This document shows positions 28,901-35,445 of a stretch of DNA of 64,000 bases, piece after piece. The stretch is from Bryobacterales bacterium (GTDB lineage: Bacteria; Acidobacteriota; Terriglobia; Bryobacterales; UBA6623), in contig OZ242366.1 in the NCBI GenBank assembly GCA_965208945.1, positions 5,290,048 to 5,354,047 on the forward strand, written 5' to 3'. A program made the translations under genes and the position numbers. The number at the start of each line of letters is the position of its first letter. The stretch's first letter is position 1. The notes beneath the pieces were generated by a model. It ran no database searches. It was not told where the DNA came from and saw only the letters and a program-made list of their open reading frames with translations.

Positions 28901-29670
28901 ATGCGGCCGGCAACCTCTTCTTCTCCGAATATTTCGACCACAGCGTCCGCAGGGTAGACCCCTCGGGAACCATTACCACGATCGCAGGAACGGGTGAGGA
29001 AGGCTTCGCCGGAGACGGTGGTCCGGCGGTCGAGTCGCAGCTATCCTCCCCCGCAGGCGTAGCCGTGGACGCGGCCGGCAACCTCTTCATCGCCGATTCT
29101 GGCAACCGCCGCATCCGTAGGGTGGACCCCTCGGGTAACATTTCCACCTTTGTCGGAGGAGGAGATGCTTCGGAGGACGGTGGCCCGGCTGTCCAGGCCC
29201 AGCTAGGCAGCCCCTCCGGCGTGGCCGTGGACGCGGCCGGCAACCTCTTCATCGCCCTTATCACCAATAGCTCCATACGTAAGGTGGACCCCTCGGGAAC
29301 CATTTCTACGATTGCCGGAGTCGGTCGGTGGGGCTTCTCCGGGGACGGCGGCCCGGCAGCACAGGCGCACTTGAGCACCCCCTCCGACGTAGCCGTGGAC
29401 GCGGCCGGCAACCTCTTCATCGCCGATGAAAACAATCACCGCATTCGCAGGGTGGACAGCTCGGGCATCATCACCACGATCGCCGGAAACGGTGAGCGGG
29501 GCTTCGCTGGTGATGGCGGACCTGCGATCCAAGCTCAGTTGGACCACCCTCGGGGCGTGGCCGTAGACGCGGCCGGCAACCTCTATATTGCCGATCATGG
29601 TAACCACCGCATCCGCAAGGTGGACCCCTCCGGCACCATTACCACCGTTGCTGGAACCGGAGAAATATAG
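25942..29670 (+). CDS. Large secreted multidomain protein: astacin (M12A) metalloprotease, beta-sandwich repeats, PPC domain, BACON-like domain and a six-bladed NHL propeller
   Basis: Contains the full astacin signature HEIGHAAGLWHEHQRKDRD (26566-26622) and the Met-turn SNMHY. InlB-B-repeat-like modules include APGFKFVSWLGDLSG. The PPC-like segment is YWIDVPRGATQLDIRLVTTMPNAEIDLYANRD. The BACON-like segment is LEIRNSGRGTLDYGITTDQPWLSVWP...GTYEGSITI. Six NHL blades read GDGGPA...VAVDAAGNLFIAD..NHRIRKVDPSG.ITTIAG. GTG 26047 (MSSAVRTICPFLAMAAVLAATDLASAQ) is a better signal-peptide start than ATG 25942. Confidence 0.85.
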   Translation: MEATTSFEGQALPGRGAALIGSKTPVRHSGFAISGVSSAVRTICPFLAMAAVLAATDLASAQQFDPVARDIRTGVYRGHVVTYEVVDGLAIWDGDIILGTPEELSPEPMPTPGNPLDGRNKISAVSSKERLWPGGIIPYVIDPELTNPHVPVAIQHWNENTVIQLVARTDQPNWVRFEPGRGCSAEVGMVGGEQTVSLSKGCSPGDVVHEIGHAAGLWHEHQRKDRDPYVWVSPSPLVFDPWSYVKDGPYAVPSGPYDYGSNMHYAWLGTLVTIPPGITLGRGGQQLGTGSSTGLSAGDIDGVSRLYGTIPTRTTVSANVAGLLIEVDGETYTAPHGFDWEPGSIHTIGVASPQKDVHGSDYIRYLFAKWSDGGAQSHSVTASSETTVFIANFIEQIRPEVTAHPPEGGTVRLDPPTVDGFYPWFSLVKAYAEPAEGFSFEHWKPWWFLPLRGGFSSNPALNHVGQSYPAYFTQQPLTTIDTNFPGTHVLVDGSETLLPSNFAWEAGSTHTLGFGGPIGEVQTVNGLPGHFIFDGWSDNGGATHNITASAEPATITANFTRQVYVETFSHGSGGIEVQPSGSEGDFHNLSTTVHLTARPAPGFKFVSWLGDLSGTKNPQSMLMDSNKWVRAFFLDEETYKSAKLTSGKPFNLLFGPGGASVEGYNGYWIDVPRGATQLDIRLVTTMPNAEIDLYANRDIRPSAMYGANNEGLIGYESQYSATGPGGDETITITSASNPPLEPGPYFIAVHVRRQGVRVNRTLTAAVTVSEEEIAAQAPHFGIPASLITTQEGETPAPQRLEIRNSGRGTLDYGITTDQPWLSVWPNQGSSAGETDTVEITADPSNLEPGTYEGSITIIEQQPAGGFSGLFSKSTTPAWPFTVPVTLIVIPESSEPPRSVPPSEPNTTGPSAGDGGPAVEARLYAPNDVTVDAAGNLFIADTGNRHIRKVDPSGIITVIAGIGEEGYTGDGGPAIDARLAYPAGVTVDAAGNLFFSEYFDHSVRRVDPSGTITTIAGTGEEGFAGDGGPAVESQLSSPAGVAVDAAGNLFIADSGNRRIRRVDPSGNISTFVGGGDASEDGGPAVQAQLGSPSGVAVDAAGNLFIALITNSSIRKVDPSGTISTIAGVGRWGFSGDGGPAAQAHLSTPSDVAVDAAGNLFIADENNHRIRRVDSSGIITTIAGNGERGFAGDGGPAIQAQLDHPRGVAVDAAGNLYIADHGNHRIRKVDPSGTITTVAGTGEI
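28660..29670 (+). repeat. Six tandem NHL-blade coding repeats
   Basis: The core GT(G/A)GA(T/C)GCGGCCGGCAACCTC recurs at 28729, 28897, 29065, 29227, 29395 and 29563. Spacings are 168, 168, 162, 168 and 168 nt. Confidence 0.9.
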
Positions 29671-29755
29671 TTTCAGCGGAGACGGCGGTTCAGGCGGTCG
29701 CAGCCGGGCTATACTCTGTGGAATAGCGTACTACTTCCCAGGAGATCATACCGTC

Positions 29756-30775
29756 ATGAAACATCGTCACACCCTATTGCTGATTCCCGTAATTCTGCTG
29801 GCCGCCGTTCCTGCTTTCGCCGACCATCCGGATGCCGAAGCGCTGACTTGCGCGGACCGCTCGGTCAGCGCCCGGGCCGTGCGAACGACACAGGACGTTC
29901 AGGCGTTCGTGCAGTGCGCCTACGAGTACGCCCAGGAAATGGGCCTGGAGGAGGCCCGACGCGCCTTCAACGAAGATGAGCGTTGGAAAAGCGGCCCGAT
30001 CTATGTCTTCGTCTCCGAAGCGACACCGATGAGCGACCAGGCTCGACTCTTCATCTTCCCGCCTACTCCGGAGAGGGAAGGAACGTCGCTGGGACTGCTG
30101 ATCGACGCCTACGGCAACGACTACTACAAGGAACAGCACCGGATCGTGAGTGAATTCGGCGCGGGCTGGCTCTACTACTCCTTCACCAATTTCACCACGG
30201 GCCGGGACGAGCCGAAGCTTGCCTACATCAAGGGCATCGACTGGTACGGGACGCCGGCCGCGATCGGCGCCGGGATCTACCTCCGCGACATCCCGGGCAC
30301 GTGCGAGAGCGAAGATGTGAACGCCATGGGGCTCGAAGCCGAGCCTTCCGACGAACGGCTGCAGGCGTTCGTCCGCTGCGCCGCCATGGAGCTGGAATCG
30401 AAAGGCTATTTCGCCACGATCACGCTGGGAGCCGATCCACGCTGGAAGCATGGCTCAATCTACCTGTTCGGCCTGGACACCTACGGCAGCGCGCTGTTCA
30501 GCGGCGATCCCGACAGCGGGCAGCCGGGCGCCGGCGCTCCGGAGTTGAACGACATGATGGACGGACCCTTCGGCGGCCGGGACGTGGTGAGCCTGGGGGA
30601 TGCGTTCGGGGAATCCCTTCTGTACTACAAGGCACGGAATCCCGCCACCGGCGAGATGCAGAACAAGGTGACGTTCGTCAAAAGGGTCGTTGTCTTTGGC
30701 CTGCCGGTGCTGATCGGAGCCGGCTATTATCCGGGCTATACGCCCGGGCCCGACTACGGTAACTTCCCCTTCTGA
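29756..30775 (+). CDS. Secreted stand-alone tandem Cache-like (sCache_2-type) sensor-domain protein
   Basis: I moved the start to ATG 29756 (MKHRHTLLLIPVILLAAVPAFA). It has two similar halves: ...AFNEDERWKSGPIYVFV...LYYSFTNFTTGRDEPKLAYIKGIDWYGTPAAIGAGIY and ...GADPRWKHGSIYLFG...LLYYKARNPATGEMQNKVTFVKRVVVFGLPVLIGAGYY. This pattern is typical of Cache_2 domains. There is no TM segment or output domain. Confidence 0.6.
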   Translation: MKHRHTLLLIPVILLAAVPAFADHPDAEALTCADRSVSARAVRTTQDVQAFVQCAYEYAQEMGLEEARRAFNEDERWKSGPIYVFVSEATPMSDQARLFIFPPTPEREGTSLGLLIDAYGNDYYKEQHRIVSEFGAGWLYYSFTNFTTGRDEPKLAYIKGIDWYGTPAAIGAGIYLRDIPGTCESEDVNAMGLEAEPSDERLQAFVRCAAMELESKGYFATITLGADPRWKHGSIYLFGLDTYGSALFSGDPDSGQPGAGAPELNDMMDGPFGGRDVVSLGDAFGESLLYYKARNPATGEMQNKVTFVKRVVVFGLPVLIGAGYYPGYTPGPDYGNFPF

Positions 30776-30913
30776 TGTGAAATCCTCCGGGTCAAGCGGT
30801 GTTGACACCGATCCGCCGGACGCCGCCGAGACGCGGCGTTCAGGGCGATGTGAGGCAGAGTACATCAGGCGACCTTGTCTGCCGCAACTTGTGAAACCAT
30901 GATGGGAGGGTAG

Positions 30914-30947
30914 CCTGCATTCCTCGCCGCGTGGTGAGAAATGCAGG
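30914..30947 (+). mobile_element. 34-bp mini-MITE: the two termini joined, with the interior deleted
   Basis: Sequence is CCTGCATTCCTCGCC-GC-GTGGTGAGAAATGCAGG, a hairpin made of the left and right termini. Flanks are GTAG / CTCG. Confidence 0.7.
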
Positions 30948-31023
30948 CTCGGAGTGTTGGCGCGTTTTATCGTGCGCGCCAAACTACTCCCGAGTCGTTG
31001 AAATCGACTTCCGCCGGATTGCC

Positions 31024-31485
31024 ATGGAAGCCGATACAGAAATCTCAAGAAAGGTCAACACAACCATGAGGCCGCAACTTTCCTGGAGTTATTGGAAGAC
31101 GCCCGTGATTTTCGGAGCGAGCTTCTGCATGCTGCAAATCCTGGTGGCGTTCGCGCGATTCGGGGGCCAGAAAGGTTGGATATTGGCCAACCCGTACGAG
31201 ATACCGGCAATGCTTTTCGGGCTCGCCATGTTCTTTCTGTGCGGCCTGCTGGCTGGTTTGCTGGTGCAACACCTGTTGAGGGGCTCTACCGGAGCCTGGC
31301 GCTACGTCCTGCTGGGCGGCGTGGGGCTGGCGACTCCTTTCGCGATCATGTTCAGCTTGGGCGGGGGGTTGCTCGGTCCGCCTGGAGTACTGATCGGAGC
31401 TCTGGTTCCCTACCTGGTGCTGGTCGGAGTCCCGGTATTGCTCCATCAATCCTGGTTGCACTTTCGCAAGCCCGCGACGCGGTGA
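31024..31485 (+). CDS. Small hypothetical membrane protein (about 4 TM helices)
   Basis: I moved the start to ATG 31024 (or 31066). Hydrophobic helices include VIFGASFCMLQILVAFA, MLFGLAMFFLCGLLAGLLV, YVLLGGVGLATPFAIMF and VLIGALVPYLVLVGVPVLL. I cannot name a family. Confidence 0.5.
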   Translation: MEADTEISRKVNTTMRPQLSWSYWKTPVIFGASFCMLQILVAFARFGGQKGWILANPYEIPAMLFGLAMFFLCGLLAGLLVQHLLRGSTGAWRYVLLGGVGLATPFAIMFSLGGGLLGPPGVLIGALVPYLVLVGVPVLLHQSWLHFRKPATR

Positions 31486-31492
31486 AAAAGCC

Positions 31493-31683
31493 GTGATTCG
31501 TGTCCCGTGTCTCGTGTTTCGTGAAAAGCATAAAAGCCGTGATTCGTGACTCGTGACTCGTGTTTCGTGAAAACCTCGGAATTCGCGCTGGCTTGCGCGG
31601 CGCGCCTGGAAAAAAGTCTTGTTTCGTGATTCGTGTCTCGTGACCCGCATGGACTTTGTCTCGGCGCGTGGTGGGAATGCTGG
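31493..31683 (+). mobile_element. Composite repeat: three heptamer tracts plus a MITE-type right terminus
   Basis: Tracts lie at 31493-31529, 31539-31575 and 31619-31648. The module CTCGGAATTCGCGCTGGCTTGCGC sits at 31575 (also at 10603). The right end GTGGTGGGAATGCTGG (31668-31683) is followed by TTAA (31684-31687), which contains the mfd stop codon. Confidence 0.8.
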
Positions 31684-34600
31684 TTAAACCATCGTTGCCG
31701 GGGGTTCCGGTCTGTGTTCGAGTCTGTCCAGGAGGGCGTCGAGATCCTTGAGCGCCGTGGCCGCGCTGAGGGTCTGCTTCTCCGTCCGCCGCCACTCGAG
31801 GAGCCTATCGGGAGAGAATGTCACGCCGGGAGTCTCCGCCAAGAACCGCATCAGCCGGGTTGCATCCACGCGCGAGTCTTCGCTGAAGCGCAGCATCCAG
31901 CAGCCCCGCTTGCGCTCAATCGACTGGATGCGCATTCTCTCGGCCCGTGATTTGACGAGGGCGTGGTCGGCGAGATGATGCACCGGCTTGGGCAACGAGC
32001 CGTAGCGGTCGCGCAACTCCTCGAGCAGACGGCTGCGGTCTTCGCGGGTTCGGATCTCGGCTAGGCGCTTGTAGGCCTGAAGACGTTGTGTCTCGTCGCG
32101 GATGTAATCTGTGGGGATGTGCAGGTCCAAGCGCAGCTTGACCGTCGTGCGGGCTTCTTCCTCGACCTCCTCGCCCTCGAGCTTCCGCATGGCCTCTTCC
32201 AGCAGACGGCAGTAGGTTTCGAAACCGACGGCGGCAATCTGACCATGCTGCTCGGCGCCCAACAGATTCCCGGCGCCTCGCAATTCGAGGTCGAGAGCCG
32301 CGATCTTGAAGCCCGATCCCAATTCGCTGAATTCCCGAAGCGCCGCGAGCCGCTTGCGGGCTGTCGATGACAACTCCACGTCTTCATCGACCAGCAGGTA
32401 TGCATAGGCGCGGCGATTCGAGCGCCCCACACGACCGCGCAACTGGTAGAGCTCCGACAATCCGAACAGGTCCGCCCTTTGAATGAGCATCGTGTTGGCC
32501 AACGGGATGTCGAGTCCGTTCTCGACAATCGTGGTCGACAACAGAACGTCGTACTCATACCGCATGAACTTGAAGATCACTTTCTCCAGTTCCCTGGTCG
32601 ACATCTGACCGTGACCGACCCCGATACGCGCCCGCGGCACAAGCTTCTGCAAGTAAGCGGCAATCCGCCAAATGGATTCAACCCGGTTGTAGATGAAATA
32701 CACCTGACCCTTGCGGGCCAGCTCGCGTTCGATGGCGTCTCGAATGATCTGGTCCGACGACGGCGCGACGACGGTTTGAATGGCGAGCCGGTCGCGGGGA
32801 GGTGTCTGGATGATCGAGATATCCCGCAAGCCCACCAGCGACATCTGAAGCGTTCTCGGAATCGGGGTCGCGGTGAGCGTGAGCACGTCCACGTTTTTCG
32901 TGAGTTGCTTCAAGCGCTCCTTGTGGCGGACGCCGAAGCGTTGTTCCTCATCGACAATCAAGAGTCCGAGGTCGGAAAAACCGACATCCTTGGACAGCAA
33001 GCGGTGGGTGCCGATCAATACATCGATCCTGCCCTCGGCAAGCCTCTCGAGAATCTCCTTCTGCTGGGAGCGAGTCCGAAACCGCGTGAGGCTTTCGATC
33101 TCGATAGGGAACGAGGCGAAGCGCTGTGAAAACGTCTCGAAGTGCTGAAACGCGAGAACCGTCGTCGGCGCGAGCAAGGCGACCTGTTTGCCATCCCCCA
33201 ATGCCTTGAAAACGGCCCGCATGGCCACTTCCGTCTTTCCGAACCCGACGTCGCCACACACGAGCCGGTCCATCGGCCGGTCCGACTCCATGTCCTTCTT
33301 GATGTCCTTGACGGACTGAATCTGATCCGGAGTCTCGGTGAACTCGAAAGCCTCTTCGAACTCCCGCTGCCAATTGCTGTCCGCTGAAAACGCAAACCCA
33401 GGCGTCTTGCCTCGCGCGGCGTGAAGCTTGATCAGCTCATCAGCCATGTCGAGAAGCTTCGCCTTGACGCGGGCTCGGGTGCGAGACCAGGTCTGTCCAC
33501 CCATGCGGTCGAGCGGCGGCGGCTTCCCACCGGCGCCGTGATACTTCTGGATCAAGTCGAGCCGATGCAGCGGCAGATAGAGCCGGGCGCGTTCGGCGTA
33601 CTCGATCAGCATCAAGTCTTCGCGCCGTCCGGCGTGCTCGATCTGCCGCAGTCCGACGAACCGCCCGATACCATGCTCGGCGTGGACGACCAGATCGCCT
33701 TCCTTGAGATCCTGCAGGTCGGAAAGGAAGGTCGAGCGAGCTGACTTGCCTTTCTTCGGACGCGCAACCAAGTCGGAAGATGCGAAAAGATCTTCGTGAC
33801 CATAAAGGACAAGGTTGCTATCCGGAAGCGTCACGCCGCGGCGAATCGGCGATTCCACCAACATGACATTGGCCAGCGGGCCGGCCAGGCGGGCTTTCTC
33901 CTCGAGATAGGGACTGGCCGCCTTGAAAGGGTCTTTCAGGCTGAGCTGAAAGCCGATTTCGTTTTCCGTGAGAATGTCAGCGAGCCGCTCGACGTCGCCG
34001 GGGGAATGCCCGGCGATCAAAGCCCGGCGTCCGCCACTCACTTGAGCCTGCAATTCGCGCACGAAGTGCGGCACGTTACCCTGGAAGTTCGGCGTGGGCT
34101 GCGTGCCGAGATGCAGCCACGATTCGCCTGCGGCCTCGACCGCAAGCTCTTCCAGGTGCAACTGCGAACCTCGTTGCGCTTCTTCGGCGAAGCCTGACGG
34201 CGTGAAGTAGAAATTCGCGGGGGCCGGTCCGACGCTGCCCGACGCCTCGTAGCCGTCTTCGAGTTTCTCCCACAACTTTTCGCCATCGGCCTGAATCGCC
34301 GCCCGCTCGGACCAGACCATCAGCGGGTTGTCGAACAAATCCAAAATCGAGCTCGTGCGCGCGGCGGTACTCTGCGCACTGAACTCCCAGCCAAGAGGAA
34401 GGATCTCGTGATCCTCCGCATCTCCGTTCGCGTTCTCATCGACTCGGCCCGGCGCCGCCACGGGATATTCCGTCAACGGGAGCAACAAGGCCTGATCCAC
34501 CCGCTGGATCGATTTCTGGTTCTCCGCATCGAAGAACCGGATCGATTCGACTTGATCACCCAACATCTCGATACGAACCGGGTGCGGAGCTTCGGGAGAA

Positions 34601-35187
34601 TACACGTCGATGATCCCGCCTCGCAGGGAGAACTGTCCGACCATCTCGACGGGGTCGTGCTTCCCGTAGCCGACCGAGGCGAGGCCTTCAAGCAGATCTT
34701 CGACGAAGAACTCGTCCCCGAGTTCAATCCTCCAAGCGAGATTACGAAGGAACTCCTTCCGGGGGATCTTCATCAGCGCGGACCGAATCGGGACAACGGC
34801 GATCGAAGCCGCGCCTTCGGCGATGCGCCACAGCCCGATACCGCGCCGCTCGCTGACTTCAGGGTGCGGGGATTGCCCGTGGTACGGAAGAACCTCGTGC
34901 GCGGGCAGGACGAAGGGCGGCCCGCGATGTTTCGAGAAATCGAGCAGATCGTGAAACGCCGTGAGCGTCTCGCAAAGCGCCTCGGCAACGGGATTCGACT
35001 CAACCAGCAAGACCATCGGCCGGTCGGTCTGCTTGTACAGCAGGAGCAGGTAGAGGGCCTTAGCCGTGGCGTTGAGCCCCGACAGCCGCAGTGTTTGCGG
35101 CTCAGACCTCCTGACGGCGTGTTCCAGCGCCAGGAACGCAGGGTGGCGCGAAGCCACATCGAAGAAATCAGTGAGGCTAACCTGCAT
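31684..35187 (-). CDS. mfd: Transcription-repair coupling factor
   Basis: 1167 aa. The helicase motifs GDVGFGKTEVAMRA, LLIVDEEQRFGV and LTLTATPIPRTLQMSL, and the overall length, match Mfd. ATG 35187 lies inside the left TIR of the element at 35181-35435. GTG 35157 is an alternative start. Confidence 0.92.
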   Translation of the reverse strand: MQVSLTDFFDVASRHPAFLALEHAVRRSEPQTLRLSGLNATAKALYLLLLYKQTDRPMVLLVESNPVAEALCETLTAFHDLLDFSKHRGPPFVLPAHEVLPYHGQSPHPEVSERRGIGLWRIAEGAASIAVVPIRSALMKIPRKEFLRNLAWRIELGDEFFVEDLLEGLASVGYGKHDPVEMVGQFSLRGGIIDVYSPEAPHPVRIEMLGDQVESIRFFDAENQKSIQRVDQALLLPLTEYPVAAPGRVDENANGDAEDHEILPLGWEFSAQSTAARTSSILDLFDNPLMVWSERAAIQADGEKLWEKLEDGYEASGSVGPAPANFYFTPSGFAEEAQRGSQLHLEELAVEAAGESWLHLGTQPTPNFQGNVPHFVRELQAQVSGGRRALIAGHSPGDVERLADILTENEIGFQLSLKDPFKAASPYLEEKARLAGPLANVMLVESPIRRGVTLPDSNLVLYGHEDLFASSDLVARPKKGKSARSTFLSDLQDLKEGDLVVHAEHGIGRFVGLRQIEHAGRREDLMLIEYAERARLYLPLHRLDLIQKYHGAGGKPPPLDRMGGQTWSRTRARVKAKLLDMADELIKLHAARGKTPGFAFSADSNWQREFEEAFEFTETPDQIQSVKDIKKDMESDRPMDRLVCGDVGFGKTEVAMRAVFKALGDGKQVALLAPTTVLAFQHFETFSQRFASFPIEIESLTRFRTRSQQKEILERLAEGRIDVLIGTHRLLSKDVGFSDLGLLIVDEEQRFGVRHKERLKQLTKNVDVLTLTATPIPRTLQMSLVGLRDISIIQTPPRDRLAIQTVVAPSSDQIIRDAIERELARKGQVYFIYNRVESIWRIAAYLQKLVPRARIGVGHGQMSTRELEKVIFKFMRYEYDVLLSTTIVENGLDIPLANTMLIQRADLFGLSELYQLRGRVGRSNRRAYAYLLVDEDVELSSTARKRLAALREFSELGSGFKIAALDLELRGAGNLLGAEQHGQIAAVGFETYCRLLEEAMRKLEGEEVEEEARTTVKLRLDLHIPTDYIRDETQRLQAYKRLAEIRTREDRSRLLEELRDRYGSLPKPVHHLADHALVKSRAERMRIQSIERKRGCWMLRFSEDSRVDATRLMRFLAETPGVTFSPDRLLEWRRTEKQTLSAATALKDLDALLDRLEHRPEPPATMV

Positions 35188-35435
35188 TTCTCAGCACTTG
35201 TCGTCCGGAGAACACGGTAAAAAGGCCGTGGTTAGTGGATAGTGGATAGTTATTAGTGAAAACCATTGGCGGAGGACTGGTTCGCTCCAGAAGAAATGTC
35301 TGACGGCCCGGGGAACCTTAAAGGCCGTGATTCGTAACAACCCTTACAAGCCGTGTTGCCGGCTCCAAGCGGCTTGCGCCTCCTCCTGACGGCTCTCTGA
35401 CACACTTCACCTCGCCAGGTAGCGGGAAATGCAGG
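35181..35435 (+). mobile_element. 255-bp long-form MITE: both TIRs plus an internal heptamer tract and hairpin module
   Basis: The left end is CCTGCATTTCTCAGCAC and the right end is GTAGCGGGAAATGCAGG. Flanks are CTAA (35177-35180) / CCAA (35436-39). Inside are the variant tract GTGGTTA GTGGATA GTGGATA GTTATTA GTGAAAACC (35228-35264), a hairpin module (35279-35317) and GTGATTC (35327-35333). Confidence 0.85.
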
Positions 35436-35445
35436 CCAACGGCAA

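Noticed and set aside
29588-29755. The N-terminal 56 aa of track ORF 29588..30775, which overlaps the end of the NHL gene
   Set aside because: The extension is the out-of-frame NHL blade stub. A proper signal peptide starts at ATG 29756.
30826-30850. The hairpin GACGCCGC-CGAGAC-GCGGCGTT after the Cache gene as an intrinsic terminator
   Set aside because: The stem is imperfect and no U-tract follows, so the evidence is too weak to annotate.
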